NCBI GenBank assembly: GCA_013239625.1
Contig: MU053444.1
Location: 1 to 64,000, forward strand
Direction of reading: 5' to 3'
Length of the DNA stretch: 64,000 nt
Source of the DNA: Lama guanicoe
Lineage: Eukaryota
Each line of letters begins with the position of its first letter. The stretch's first letter is position 1. Shown piece after piece: positions 24,960 to 39,040 of this stretch. Under the pieces are notes generated by a model that was not told the DNA's origin, did not search any database, and worked only from the letters and a program-made list of their open reading frames with translations. A program made the position numbers and the translations under genes.

Positions 24960-25556
24960 AAGATATAATTTATAATGACAAAAATGCACAGAGTAGTCAT
25001 AAATAAATTAATGAAAAATGTTAAGATGATTCTGATAAATAACTTAAAAAAAGAAAAAAATTTTGATTGAATGGACAGTAGAATGCACCATACTCTTCAG
25101 TGGGCAGACTCAAGTTTGGGGGACATAGAACATTTTTTCTCCAAAATAAATTTAGAATCTGAATGCAAATTTAGTTAATAATCCCAAATGGAATTAAGAA
25201 AAAAATCTGAAAGGTGATCCTAAAGTCCTTCCAGAAATATACACAAATATACAAATAAAATAATGAGGAGGGATGTTTGAATTTGTAGTATTAGGGACAT
25301 TCTGGAAAAGGATAAAATAGGACCAATTCTAGGAGGTATTAATCTATGGTCATGGAAAAAGTATAGAAATAGTGCAATGAGAGTATGAATGAAATACACT
25401 TCATTTCAAGAATAGACGTGGATATTTTTGAGATTTTAGTAATATTATAAAACTGACACTTCAAATCAGTGGATTCAAGTACTGGAGTAATTAGCTAAAT
25501 CATTGGAAGACCAGGTACAGTGTCCTCACATTTGACATTAAAATAAATTCCAGATA
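24960..25556 (+). mobile_element. Ancient L1M ORF2 fragment
   Basis: A-rich strand with decayed ORF2 motifs (TGATCCTAAAGT, CACTTCAAATCAGTGG, AAAATAAATTCCAGAT). Confidence 0.65.
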
Positions 25557-25689
25557 ATAACCCAACATGATTTAATCTGTTCAGATGTTCAAGCAAGAAG
25601 AACTATCTAAAAAGCTTTTGGAACAAAGACCAACAACAGCAAAGGCCTAGCAACTCAGCAAGGCCAGAATCGCCCACAGTAAAACAAAA

Positions 25690-27272
25690 CTAACCCTCTC
25701 CCAACCCTCTCTCACGGCCCTGTATTTCCCTCTGATACTTTCTACACTTTCTTCTTCCCTTTAAAGTCCAGTTTCTTGGAGAAGTACCTGCGCTGATGAC
25801 TCCTCCAGGGCTCAGAGCCCTGCATCCCCCACAGCCCTCACCGCGGCACTGAGACAGGAGTTACACTGCTGGTGGCTGCGTCTTTCAAACCAGTGGGCAT
25901 TTTCAGCTCTTGTTTATTTGATTACCAGGTAGCTTTTGCCGTAGACAAATATTTTCCTCTCAAGTGGAATGCTTTCCCCCCTTAATTTTTGTTTTACTTA
26001 AATAAATTTTAAAAGCCCAGGCAGAAAATTATGTGTGCACATACGCACACACACAGATACACACAGATCTGTTTTTTAAAGGCTACCTAAGTATAGTACT
26101 CCTCCTCATTTTCCCCAGGCTTTGCAATTAAAGGTAGGCTTTAGCCCTTGCTTTTTTGCCCCACACACCCCCCTTTCTCACTATGCTCCTTTTAGTCAGT
26201 CTTTAAATCCCTCTTAAGCCAGGTTACAGCCTTCTCTGTGTTTCCTCAACTAGTTTTCTCCCAACTGCTCTGTTATTCTTCTTTCTCTTGGTGGATTTCT
26301 CTTCTCCCATTTGCCATGTACATGGCCGTTTTCCCCAGGCCCTTGTCTTAAATCCTCCACTTGGCAGGACTGAATTGCCGCCACAGCCTCACTCACAGCC
26401 CCTCTGAGCTCCTGACTGGTAAATCCAGCTTAATAACGGACATCACCCCTCAGATATCCCATAGACACTTCGCACTCAAAATGCCAAACACAGAACCATC
26501 TCCTCGAAAGCAGCTCCTCCCCTTACACTCCCCCTGCAGATCCGCTCTCCGGATAGGTCACTGGAAAGTCACCTCAGCAGCTCTGTGGCATGCCGCCCCG
26601 TCCCTGCTGTCACCTCTGCAGCAGTCACCACTTCTGCCACCCATGTCTCTATCCCTCTGCCCAGGGCCTCTCTGCAGGCATGTGCCACTTGTTGTCTGGT
26701 ACCTGGGGTGGTCCCCAAAATATCCTTTCACTCCAAAATATGAGCCTCCCCCCAAAAATAGTATCTTCCGTTCGGCTGCCAGTATAACCAGATCTTCTTC
26801 AACATAAACATTATGCAATTCTCTTGCTTACAAATATTCCCATATATCCCTGTTTCTTTAAGGATACATTCAAGTCTAAGCACACAAGACCCATTGTGAC
26901 AGAGGCCTTGTGCACCTGATATTCCCACCTTGGATACTTTGTTCTAGCCCTACTTGTTGTTCTTCAGTCTGGCCAAGCCGCTTCATGCCGTATACTCTTA
27001 TATGTCTCTACCTCTCTGCATGAAGTGTCCACTCCCTCTACCACATATTAGCTAACTTCCTTTCACCTTTCAAAATTCAGTTCAAATAATTCCAGCTCTA
27101 GGAAGTCCAATTTATGTTCACCTGCTTAGCAATCCATCAACTTCTCGCCAAGTCTCGCCTGGCCTGGGGAGTGCAGACACCAAGTCTTACCTGTCTTGGT
27201 CTCCCCAGCAGTTGATACAGTGTTTGGCATAGCAGGTGTTCAGTGTTTTTTGGATGGATAAACGAATGAATC
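25690..27272 (+). mobile_element. Fragmented L2 LINE including its 3' end
   Basis: Pyrimidine-rich L2 motifs (CTCTGAGCTCCTGACT, GGACATCACCCCTCAGATATCCCATAGACACTT) and a 3' end ACAGTGTTTGGCATAGCAGGTGTTCAG...GAATGAAT. Confidence 0.7.
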
Positions 27273-30200
27273 AGTAAAGAGATGAGAGGCCTACAATCCC
27301 CCCCAGTTACTGAGCTGCCATTTTGGAAAGTTCATTCTGTGGAGTTAAGGAAATGTCAGTGCAGGTGGTGGGCAGACAGAACATAGGTGAGGGCATGGGG
27401 GAGACAGGCCTGGTCCTGGAGAGCGCAGGAGAGGCATGGGTGGGAGAGCACTGGATAGAGAGGAAATGTAGTGTGTGTGTACAAGGAGATGTTGAAGAAC
27501 AACTGATATTAACTGCAGTAAATTAAATGGAGAACATAATATATGAAGGGAAGATCAAGTTAACACAGCAAGGGTGGAAAAGGCAGTACCAGAGACAAAG
27601 AGCTCTCACTTCATCACTCACTGCATTTCACTTATGGCACCCACCCTCTGGGAAGGCAGCGCCACATTCTTGAGAGACTGGTGTTTGTGCTGTGGGTGCT
27701 TTAAGTAGAAAACGGTATCTTATGGCTTCCAGATTGTAAGACTGATTGATTATTTCTCTTATGTCCCATGTCTGAGTTCTCAGACAGCAGGATCTTTCAC
27801 TGGTGGGGGGAGAGCTATTGTGGTTAACAACTCAGGGTTACTCTAATACCCCCAAAGGACAGTGAGGAATTCACTAAAACAAATAAAAGAGAAATTTCAC
27901 TCAGAATAAAACATACCATATAGAACCTTGTGGGGGCCTTGGGGGCAATGTTACCACCAACTCATCTAACAGTTGTATGTGAGCGTGTTGAAACTCCAAG
28001 GTCAAGTCAATTAAACACGTATGAGAACCAGGGTCCAGGCTGTGGTGCTCCAGACATGGACGGGAAGATGAAAAGCCTGACTACTGCCTCTGACTGGATC
28101 AGTCCAGCCAGGGAGCACAATGGACATGAACACGATCACGCATCATCACGACAAGAATCAAGTGCAATTCATGCCTAGAGAGGAGAGCAGAAAATCTCTA
28201 AAAAGTGGAGGGGTTCCTGCCAAGGCTTGGCAAGAGTCCTTCCAGGCAGAAAAGCAGAGAAAGATATTTCAGGTAAAGGAGACTAGGGTTGGAGGCTGGG
28301 TGCGAGGCCTAACGAAGCATGGGTGGAGGGTTCCAGGGTCATCTGTCAGAAGCTGTTCCCCTTCAGCAGCTAAGAGGCATAATTAAAAAGGCAGGTGGGG
28401 TGTCATTAATGATCATGGGGAAAACTGGTAGGAGGAAACTGAGGTCAGGAAATCACCACCAGAGGCACTTTATTTTAGAGGAACAAAAAGAATTCAAAAA
28501 GCACTTGGAAATTCTATCTCCCATGAATGAAAAGAACACAAAATATGTTTCACTCCAGCTTTGAATACAGAATAACCGACTGCCTACTCTCAGAAATGGA
28601 TTGAATTTTCTAATTCGTTAGGGATTATTTAGATAATAGGAAAACGAATAAATCTGAATAATCTCTATAGAATAGCTGTTACTCCATCCTGTTTTGCAGG
28701 GTAGGGGGAGGCTGTATTATTTAATTGGTATTTTAATGAGACTATAAAGTTCTAAAAGTCCTATCAATTTCTCCCAAAAGCAGACAACTTTTCCTTTCAA
28801 TGACCTTTATTTGACTTAACTAGAATAACTATTTTCCAAGGCTTTTTTCGTGTGTGCTAAAATACAAAATGATATGCTGCCCTCAGAATGTTGTTGTTAT
28901 TATTAATGTAGATAATAGCCCCAATAAGGCATATTTACAATTATGACTCATTTTGGAATAACAAGTCATTGGCTTAAAGTCCTTTTGAAAATAAGCAGAA
29001 TAAACGAACATAATTTCTATACCAGGGACAGCAGCTGCACCCTTAATGGAACCTGGTCACTAAACACAACAAAAGCAAAGATGAAACTCAAATCAGACAC
29101 CAGGCCACAAATCATAGCTGACTGAAGATGCCACAAAATGTCCTTTCATTCACCGAGGAACCAGACGCGTTTCCACGTATAATGTATAATTTTAAAAGCA
29201 ATTATTTTATATATAGAATGTAATTTAGGAAAAAGAAAACTCCCACTATCTGTAGACTTATAAACAGGAAGCACAAAGTGGTGCCTTTGCAGACATGAAC
29301 CCGCATGCATAAATGCAAAGCCTATTGACCAAAATCCTTTCCTGTCTCCTAAGCTTAAAAAAAAATTCTAATTCAAGGCAGTGGTGAGCTGAAAGGGCTC
29401 AGATACAAAACATGCACATCATCAGCCTTCTAGTAGATAAAAGTGTGCCATGCATAATAGAATATATGTTTCCAATGGAAATCTATTTTGAGATGAAACC
29501 ATTTAAAGGCAACTGAGAGCTCAAAACCAAGTTCAACCAAAGAGAAACAGAGCCCAAGCAAATGTATAGAAATGGACAAAGACATTGGAGAAAGAGGGGA
29601 TCTGTGCTCAACCGATACTCCAGATCAGCAAATTCATCCTAAATTCAAGCCAGTGATGTGCCAGGACGTCACTCAAGGAACCAGGAAGAAACCATCAGCC
29701 AGAAGAAATAGGAACAATGTGAAAGGCAGGTGTGAGATGTGCAAGGGGTGACCCTGTGAACCTTGCTGTCACGAGGCAGGATGCTCTTGTGGGCTTTCTG
29801 CACAGTCTGGCTGGCTCACATGACTCTGTTTAGAAGGATATCAGCCAACAGCTGTGCCACATGGGCTACAGCCCGAGCTGAGTCACATCTAGTAACGGTT
29901 CTGAGTTCATCCTTAGACGACATCACCAGGAAGATCTGAGAATGAATGGTGGAGACGTACCTGAATGAGTATTCCATTTCACTCCTTGGCAGTAAATTTT
30001 CAGCTTTGTACAACATAAATATTGACAAACATACACACGCACCCTGTTTGAAAGCCTGACTGCATGAATGCATCTAATTGAGAAAAGCGGGCTCCGTTTC
30101 GGTATGCCAGCTCATTGTTTGACTCGGTAACCGATGCTTCTGAGACCCAAAACATACTCTAGTATAACTGACAGCACAGAAATCTCCACTGATGACTTAT

Positions 30201-30324
30201 TCATTTCAAGGTATTCATAAAATAACCCCAGTTTGCCCATGGGATACAAATGGTTGTCCCGTTCTGATCATGGGGTGGTCTGTTCTGCTCCCGAAACTGT
30301 GGCACCATTAGATTCATGACCCAG
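30201..30324 (-). pseudogene. ANO6: ANO6 pseudo-exon (~exon 16)
   Basis: Reads tttggcag|WVMNL(net -7 nt)VSGAEQTTP*SERDNHLYPMGKLGLFYEYLEM. TGA at 30268-30270; donor reads ataagt (GT>AT). Confidence 0.94.
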
Positions 30325-30699
30325 CTGCCAAACAGATCAAATTACAAGGCAGGATATTATCAGACCAAGGTCATAAAGGTATTACTGACATTTTAAGATG
30401 AACACATCATCTTCCCAAGAATTTAATTTCTTGTTTTCAGGATAAAATTGTTTTTATTGCTGCCTCCCTACCCCCAAATAATGTGAAAACTAGTCCTGAC
30501 TATGTACCTTGGGTTTACCAAAACTGTAACAACTACTACTACTTTATCTCCCACCTCCTTTTCAGGTGGGCATTTTAGCTTTTAGAAGATACCTTCCCTC
30601 ATTTGTCTTTTTTACCCCCATTTCTCTGCTATTATCCACCATGGCCTTTTCAGTCTGAAAATCGTCAGAGAAAATAACTAAAAGAAAGTAATACAGGGT

Positions 30700-31030
30700 C
30701 TGTGAGCTGGTGATAAGTGCTGCAGAGGAAAATAAAGGAGGGCGAGGAATGTGTGTAGGGAGGAGTGGGGCTGGGGCAGTGACCTTTGAATAAGGCAAAG
30801 ATGGAGGCAAAGAGGTGGGCAGAGGAGGGGCAGAGGGAACAGTGATCACAGGCCTGGAGGTTCTTCACACTGGACAGACAACATGGAGACTGGTGTGGGC
30901 CAGAGTGAATAGGAAATAAGTGGTGGTTTTGGGGCTGGAGTCTAAGAGGCTGCCGTGAGGATGTGGGCATTTTTCCCTCTGAAGGAATTGCGGAGACGTG
31001 GAGGGTCACCAAGCAGAAAGTGATACTCTA
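30700..31030 (-). mobile_element. L2 fragment
   Basis: Purine-rich antisense L2 motifs (GGTGATAAGTGCTGCAGAGGAAAATAAAG). Confidence 0.6.
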
Positions 31031-32195
31031 ACGTTGGATCAAACAGGTCCAAGACCCTAATTTAAGCTGAACAAATCAAGGGCCAAAGAAGTGACATGCC
31101 ACCTCAAAGTCAGTGCTGAGCTTGAAAGAAACACAGCCTTGACTCAGCCCAGTGCTCTGCCTCCTCCTGGATGCTGTCCCACAGAGCTGTCTCTAAGGTT
31201 ATGTTTTGTTCCTCACTCAGAGGCTTGTGGGCCAACTGAATGCTTCCCCCTTTTTCAAATGGCAATTTGTCCTGAAAGGAAATCGGAGTTGGCCGTGAAA
31301 CAAGGCATGGACCTGTAGCCTACAGAGCTGTTATCCCTGAAAGCAACAGCTGGCTCGTGGTTTACTTGTGGAGCTCAGCAGAAGAGACAGAGCAACAACA
31401 GACAACTTAGAGTCTGGTTGAGCTTCAGCTGACTGCATTGCACTTTTGGATGGATTTCAAATTTAGACAGTGAGGCGGCTTCACATGAAAGGCAGGCGTA
31501 TACATCATACATGCCCACACGTCTTTATGCACACACACGTGGACACTCACAGAGTGTATGATGTGACTTGTAAAAAGCTGCCCCTGCTAGGTTTCCCACT
31601 GCCTCTGATCTCAGCGTTAACCTTTCACTGACCATGCTCCCAGGTTTGCTACGAGATTTCTTTGCAATGGAACATGCCCTTCACTTCACAAACTTTCCCC
31701 ACTTCTTTCAGTGACATTAGGGGAAGAGCAGGGAGCTCTGGGAAGTGAGGTGGGGATATCGAAATACCCCTGAATCTGAATCCACACTTCATGGCTTATT
31801 TGTTATTTAACTTTATTTACATTCAAAATACAATTTTGCAGTTCTCAGAAGATGATTTACACTCACTGCTATGGCAGAATGTTGTGGTTAGTAGACCCAC
31901 CACTGCATCCTCTTATTCAACACATTCTTCCAATAATTCAGATACCAGTGTAACACAAATGCTGATTTCTATATTTTGATATCTGCTTTTTGGTATAATT
32001 ATCTTCCTTCTTTATTCTCTAAATCTTATGATTTTAAAACATTTTTCTGAGAAGTGGTCCACAGGCTCTTTACTTATGATAAGTTGATAAAGAGATCCTG
32101 GAGATCAAAACCACTTTTAAATCCTGAGATAAACTCAACTCTGTCATATACATGGCTAGCTTTTGTCTGCAAATACTTTGTTTAGTAATTTTTGC

Positions 32196-32372
32196 ATCAA
32201 ACAATAAGGTCCTACTGTATAGCACTGGGAACTACATTCAATAACTTTTAATAGCCTGTAGTGAAAAAGAATATGACAAGGAATATACATATATGTATGT
32301 ATAACTGAATCACTATGCTGTACACCAAGAATTAACACAATATTGTAAACCAACTATACTTTCAACAAAAAA
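32196..32372 (+). mobile_element. 5'-truncated cetartiodactyl-type L1 3' end
   Basis: AAGGTCCTACTGTATAGCAC...ATAACTGAATCACTATGCTGTACACC...AACTATACTT followed by an A tail. Confidence 0.85.
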
Positions 32373-35300
32373 AGTTGAAATAAAATTGAGAGATGAAACT
32401 TCCACTGCCCAGGCTGCTGTCAGGATGAAACGATTCAAAGCAGACTAGGTATTAGCAACCCCCCTGACACATCAAAGCCCCATGTGGGATCTTCCTTTTG
32501 AGCAGCACAGGCTAACCAGTTGTGGTCACCTGTAAATAGGGTTGAAGTCACTTAGAGACTTGGCTTGGGAACACCGTGGCCAACAGGGTTGGGGGGGTCA
32601 CTGCAGCACCTACGAGAATGACGGGGACAGCCTGCTTCTGAAGCCATTCCACAGGCTGCAGCCCAGAGCACTGCAGTCAAGTCTGAGGTCCGGCTGGGAC
32701 CGCACAGCTCCACAGCCACTTGGAGCCCTGAGGTGCTGGTGGAGCTGGGACCTCGGTCGTCCATCACCCTTCCTGGCACCCAGACTCGGGAGTCTCCTGG
32801 GGGAATTTTTCTCTGCCTCATACTTCCTGTCTCAGCCTCTTGTGGAATCCGGTCCATGCCCCAGGGAAGCAGGGATTTAACCCTCCAGGACCCAAATCCA
32901 TCACGGTTTGGATCCAGGATGAAACTTCCACGTTCACTCACCTGGCGCTCCCATCTTGTGCTGAAATGCCCTCCCCCCATCAATGGCATTAGGTCATATT
33001 AGAAGTCCCGACATGCTTGTCCTTAGCTAAGACTCTGGGCCTCTTGCTCAGTCTTTCTGAGTGGAACCACTCATCTGTGGCAGAAAAGTTTCGGCTGTCG
33101 TCTACCCATCATTGTCCTCAGTCTTTTGGGTTTTCTGTTGGGTTATGGTTCTCATGCAGGGATATCAATTTGCACATGAGAAGCATCTGTAGACATTTTA
33201 AAAAATACAGACACTGGATCCTCCCCCATCTCCAGCCAAGGCTGGAAGCTTTCTCCCTCTAGCAGGGTTTACACAATCACTTGTTTGGGAATTGACCACA
33301 CATATTAGCATAATCATAGTAAATTTCCCTTTACTCAGTGCTTGCCACGTAGCATTTTCTACTTCATGTTGTCTTTGTACCTTCAATATCACATTAATCC
33401 CTGAATTATAGATTATCACCATTTCTGTTGAGGACACTCCTACTTACTAATCTTGAATACAAGTGTCTTTGATTCTCTTAATCTATTTCATTCCTGAGTT
33501 TCCTGTTCCTGAATTTAAAGAGTGAATTATGGACACATGTATTTAAGATTCTCTTATTATATGTATCTGACTCATCCTCTAACCAAATCATATCTGGATA
33601 GGAGAGATTTTCTCTTTTAAACATTTGCTTTTTCTTATTATATAGTAGTGTATACACATGGTGGAAAATGTAGAAAACATATAAAGTAAGAAAATTACAG
33701 CCATACATCATCTAAACACCAAAGGAAAATGCTATGTCATTTTGGGCATTTAACTATTTTTCTTAACATTTTATCATAAAATTTCCCTAGGGCAAGTTGC
33801 TTAACCCTGGAATTGTACTAGCCTTTTGTCAAGTACAGAATAACATTCCCAGAAATGACCCCAACATCAAAATAGTATGTGAGGCTGGGAAGGCCACAGG
33901 GCACTCAGCTTATTCTCTGAGTCCTACAAAGAATGCTGTTAATTCACTGATGTTACACATTCGATGCCTGTGAGTCACTCACTCACTCAGCTGGCTCGGA
34001 CTGAGACCTACTTTATACCAGGTGCCTATCCAAGTGCTGGGGAGACACCAGAGGGAGCCTGGATCATGGCATCACTGTCCTTCTTCATTTGTTCCCAGAA
34101 TCCTACTGAAGAATCCCACATGGGATTGGGGGTGTGGAGGCAGGTGAGATATGGTGAAATTCATTACATTATGTTCCTTTAGGCATATTTAAATAGCATG
34201 AAAATAGTCTCTAACTTTGATAAGTTTTCTTTTCCCTTCCTATGTATTTTTGAGGATGGGTATAGTTTTGTGCACCAAGAGTAACAGATAGATCTTTGGT
34301 GTATTAGGATTTTATATGAAATATTGAGAAGGAAACTGGCATGTTATACAAAGAGAAGAGGCAGTGAGGAAAACACAAGCCACCCTCAAACTTGGCTATA
34401 ATTCAGCATTCCTGGTTTTCAAACAAGGGAAACATAATTCAAAATATAATCCCTAAATATTTTAGCCCATAGTAGAAATACATGGAGGCAAAGTTCAGCT
34501 CACTGGAACCAACAACAATTTGCTTACTTAAGTGAACATATAAACAGACCACAGATACTGTAATGCATCCTTTACTTTAAACTAGTTCATGTGAGCAAGT
34601 TTCATTTCACATGAATTGCTCAGTAACAATTTAGGAAATATATCCTTCTTGATTGGTAAAAATAGCTCACTGATAACCAGATTCAACAAAATTTAGTGTT
34701 AAATAATTTACCTATTTCCTTCAGGAAATGCTTTTGAGTAATCTGAGATAAGTATTTCCTCTATCTGATCTATTTCTTTTCACAGAGAAAAGTAGTATTA
34801 TTTACACATGAGCTACGTTTACTCCTCTGGAAATATCTGACTGTGAGCTCAGGGTAAAAGTTGTCTACTGCACAGTATGGAAAAAAAAAAGATTCATTTC
34901 ACAGCGGAGATCAGAATCTTTTTTTTTTTGAGTGGTGTGGTGAGCTGTGGGACAAGGGAAATGCCTTTGTTTAGAGACAGACCACTGTAATCAATAGTGA
35001 AGCTGGAAGATGAAGCCCTTGTGAAGAAATGTGGAAGGACACACTGACACCCAAAGGTGTTAACTTTGCAAAAACATAAAGAAAGAAAGAAAAAATAATT
35101 TAACTCCCCTATAAAGAGAATGGACATAAACTTGGTAATAAGGGAGAGAGAAGGAAGGTTAGGGAATTGAAGAGAAACAATGAAAGGGAACTTGGATGCA
35201 GTGGGCAGAATAGCAGGTTTCTGGAGCCTACAATGAAGGATGATAAGAAAAAAAGTAAAGTTTAAAAAAGTTACAAAGTTTAAAATAGTTTAAAAATTAA

Positions 35301-35583
35301 AAAATGAAGTGAAAAAAATAAATTTTTTATAGTGGCATGGAAGATTTTCAAATGATGGAAGTTTTTATTTCAAAATTCAAGTTGTTTGAGTTTCTCCTCC
35401 ATGCTCCAAACAACAGTAAGACCTGCTTGTGTAAGTGGTTTTGGGGGACACCACAGATAGGGGCGAGCTCAGCAGTTAGGTTGGCCAGGAGTAGAATGCT
35501 GGTGTGGAAGGCAAGACAGATGAGAGATCACCAGTTTCATGAGAACAGAAACTCAAAGCCAGAAATTATCTTAAAAAGGTTAG

Positions 35584-36106
35584 TGTGGTAGGCAGAAAAA
35601 TGTTCCCCCCCAATATGTCTATGTCCTTATCCCCAGAACATAGGAAGAGGTCAGATTCCCTGGCAAAAGTGACCTATGTTGCAGATGCGGTTAAGGTTGC
35701 TAACCAGCTGACTCTAAGAGAGATGAACTGGATTATAGAGGTGGGCCCAGTGTAATCACCAGGGTCATTAAAGGAGGAAAAGGGGGGCAGAAGAGGGGAG
35801 AGAGGAGAGGAGATGTGACCACAGGATCAGAGTCAGAGACACACAACCATGCTGACCTTCAGAGAGAGAAAAGTGGTCACTGGCCAAGAGATGCAGGTGG
35901 CCTCTGGAAGCCAGAAAAGTCAAAGATACAGGTTCCCCTGAGGCCTTCAGAAACAGCCGTGCCAATAATTTGACTTCAGCAGGCTCCTGCATTCAAGAAC
36001 CCTACAAAGTTAAATTTGTGTTGTTTAGTGGAGACTTTTTCTTATTTCTTCCTACTATCATGAAGTTTGGGGATACTTGTTACAACAGCAACAGAAAGTG
36101 AATACA
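35584..36106 (+). mobile_element. MaLR (MLT1-type) solo LTR
   Basis: Runs TGTGGTAGGCAGAA...GGTGGGCCCAGTGTAATCAC...TTGTTACAACAGCAACAGAAAGTGAATACA. Near-perfect 5-bp TSD GTTAG/GTAAG. Confidence 0.85.
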
Positions 36107-36359
36107 GTAAGCTCCTTGAAATGTTCAGAAATTGCAGATAACACTGGACTGTCCACTTTGATATGGGATTGGGCTTATGTGAAAATCAAAAAGACAGTGT
36201 GACCTTTGCTAACATCTGTTTTTCTCATTTTTAGGAAGAGAACAGTAAGTCAAAATCTCTGTAGTTATTATTTTAGACAAATGTCCCTTAAAACAAATGT
36301 AACCCTTTAGAACCCCAAAAGAGTCTCTGTTCTTAAAAGAACATGGATTCTGTGAGATA

Positions 36360-36585
36360 GGGTCTTACATCTGAGTCCCACAGTGGTCTCTTATTGGCAA
36401 TGAGAGCTTGGGCAAATCATTTACCCTCTTTAAGCCACAGGATCTTCATTTGCAAAAGGAAGGTAAGAATAAGGATTGATTAAATTTTACACACACACAC
36501 ACACATGCACATTCACATACACATATATGTACAATATTTAATACAGTTACTAGCACATACTAGGCACTCAACAAATTACTGTTAT
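36360..36585 (+). mobile_element. MIR with internal (CA)n
   Basis: TTGGGCAAATCATTTACCCTCT...CTTCATTTGCAAAA and a 3' end GCACATACTAGGCACTCAACAAAT. Confidence 0.65.
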
Positions 36586-36935
36586 GGATTTTTAAATGCA
36601 TGTATAAAAGGAGGAGAAATTTGTGGGAAGTTGTGGGAAAACTTAGTTCACAGCCCCAAAAAGGGCCATCTCTCAAAGTGTTCTGATCAATCAGTCCTCA
36701 GTGATGGGCTAATAAGCAGGAAATATAGCACTTGAGGATTTAAGTTAAGCATAAAAAGGAAGGTATTTAAGCATAATTATTAAACAGCAGGTACGTTTAC
36801 ACTGTTGGCTGGATCATCTTATCTGGAGAGCTTTATTAAGCAGAGAATCTCCCCTGTTCTAGAGATGGGCACACAGGAAAATGATGTGGATGGGTGGGCC
36901 GTTCTCACCTCAAGATCACATGACTTAGTACTCAT

Positions 36936-37033
36936 GGAAGTAACACCTCTTCTATGTTATTCCAGATGGACTGTCCTCCAATGACTATTGTCAGCTGTGT
37001 CATCAGTTCAAGGAGACAGCTACCTGGGTCACA
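36936..37033 (-). pseudogene. ANO6: ANO6 pseudo-exon (~exon 15)
   Basis: Reads attccag|CDPGSCLLELMTQLTIVIGGQSIWNNIEEVLLP. The 98-nt frame is open but the donor reads atgagt (GT>AT). Confidence 0.95.
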
Positions 37034-37203
37034 CTGGAATATTAGAAAGAAAATCTCATTTAAATTTTAGATAGCTCTAACATGAAATTTTATTTTATGC
37101 CTAAAAAAATCTAAGGAACAGAGATTAAAGACACTCTTCATTGGGCAACTAAGAGAAAACCTGAAACAGGTTAGACTGTCAGAACACAAAGCTGTATTCA
37201 CAC

Positions 37204-37372
37204 GTCTTCATTTCTGTATTTTCACAGCCAATACACCAGATCTCCCAGATAAGTCACAAACCTGCCCTTAAAGAATGTGATGTAGAAACATGAGGAGGAG
37301 TAGTTGACAACCTGGAACAAGAATACCTTCATGGCTAGGTTGTTCTCATACTCAGTCTGGTCCTTGGGAGCT
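37204..37372 (-). pseudogene. ANO6: ANO6 pseudo-exon (~exon 14)
   Basis: Reads ctgcag|LPR(-1 frameshift)QTEYENNLAMKVFLFQVVNYSSSCFYITFFKGRFVTYLGDLVYWL*KYRNED|gtgtga. TGA at 37222-37224. Confidence 0.96.
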
Positions 37373-37467
37373 CTGCAGCTGGAATAAAGAAAAGTTAAGT
37401 CTGTAAAACTGTGAACGGCTTTGAGACCCTAATCAAAGCCACGGACACATGAGTTAACATGCTAAAT

Positions 37468-37500
37468 ATGTGTATGTATATATATATATATATATATATA
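37468..37500. repeat. (TA)n microsatellite
   Basis: Read directly from the sequence. Confidence 0.85.
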
Positions 37501-38459
37501 CAATTCACACTGTTTTCATATAAGCTGTTTTGAATTCCTTAGCATAGCTAGTATGTTAATTCCAAGTGTCCACACTGTTGTAATAGTTTCTCCCACTATG
37601 AACGCAATATCCCAAAGGGCAAAAAAAAAAAAAGTCACCCGTTCCTTAAAATTTATAAGCACAAAAGTATCCAATGGGAAAGAACTGTCCTCTGTCAGGG
37701 GTACTGTCAGGTGTAAGTTGACAGAAAGCTACTTCTAAACATCCTTCTAAATGATATTCTCTTGTCTCCCTGAACGGCAGTAAGGTAGGACTATTGAAGA
37801 AAACAAACAAAACACGGGACAACTTGCTAGAAGCATTTGGGGAACATAAAACGGGTCATCCTCCTAGTTCAGAATTTGAATTAGTCTTAGTGTTTTCAGA
37901 AGATGACCACTGATCAGACCACTGGGAGAACAACCCAGCCACATGCAGCATGTGGGAAGCACTTAACTTGGGCCACTAAGTTGCTGGCTGGGATACAAGC
38001 CTGAGAGAAGAAACATTTATTATAGAAGTCACAGCTGATGAGAATGGAGCTACACTAACCGGAACAACATGGGGGAAGACACATAACAGTGTGGTTACTT
38101 GTCCTCTCCGTAACGCACAAGCAAATCTGCCATTGGAAGCACGACCCTCTTCCACTTATTTGCAATACAGAGACTATTTATTTTCAACAATAGGGTACAT
38201 GATCTAATGTAGTTGAAATTATTATTAAGCACTGACCTGTTTACACAGAGCTTGGATATTCTAAAGCTTCCTTTGTCCCTTTTACTAATGCAAAGCTGGA
38301 GCTAATTCACTTCTCACATAGGGTAGAGAAAATAAGTTTACACTTGAAGTTTCCTAAAGATTGTAGTGTACTGGAATTGAAGTTCCTAAAAGATAGTCTC
38401 TGTTTTGACCTGGTTCTAAAACTGGTGTAGAGATGATCTCAGCTGCAGGAGGAGCTTAC

Positions 38460-38686
38460 CAGAGTCAGTCATCATGATTGCCACTTTCTCATATATGGTG
38501 TTCAGGGACATGATGATGATAAAACTGATGAGGGAAGCAGTGATGGGCATGGCCCACCTGCACAGTCAGGTACTTCTAGATTGGGTCTCTTCCATTCAGC
38601 TTCTTGGGACGTTTTGCAGAAAATACAATGAACACTGAAAGTCCATAGACAATGATCCCAATAACTCAAGCAATGGTCAACAGGAC
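38460..38686 (-). pseudogene. ANO6: ANO6 pseudo-exon (~exon 13)
   Basis: Reads gttgtcag|VLLTIA*VIGIIVYGLSVFIVFSAKRPKKLNGRDPI*KYLTVQV(+1 frameshift)AMPITASLISFIIIMSLNTIYEKVAIMMTDS|gtaag. Stops at 38666-38668 and 38576-38578. Confidence 0.96.
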
Positions 38687-38902
38687 CTGACAACCCAAAA
38701 ACCCAGCAGCATAAGACTCACTAATGATCGTATTTTTACACAGAAAACTTGCCCCCAACCCACGCTTAAACAGACAACATGCATGTGCTGTAAACCTCAC
38801 ATAAACATGAGAAGTGATGTAAATCGCACATAAATGCCACAAGAGATGTGGATATCAGGCATGTCAAATTTTAGGGGAGGCGGAATGAAGGATGTCAAAA
38901 AG

Positions 38903-39040
38903 AATGAGTGCATCCACTAATGTAACATGCTGACAGCAGGAGCAGCTGTGTGCAGGACATAGGTAATATATGGGAACTCCACTTTCTGTGAACTTTTCTG
39001 TAAACCTAAAACTGCACTAAAGAAGGAAGCCTGTTAAGTA
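38903..39040 (+). mobile_element. Old L1M 3' end fragment
   Basis: ATATGGGAACTC...TTTTCTGTAAACCTAAAACTGC. Confidence 0.65.

Noticed and set aside
26361..33262. 100-150 aa ORFs at 26361, 30665, 32542 and 32552
   Set aside because: They lie in L2 remnants or GC-richer intron sequence, with no recognisable homology or splice structure.
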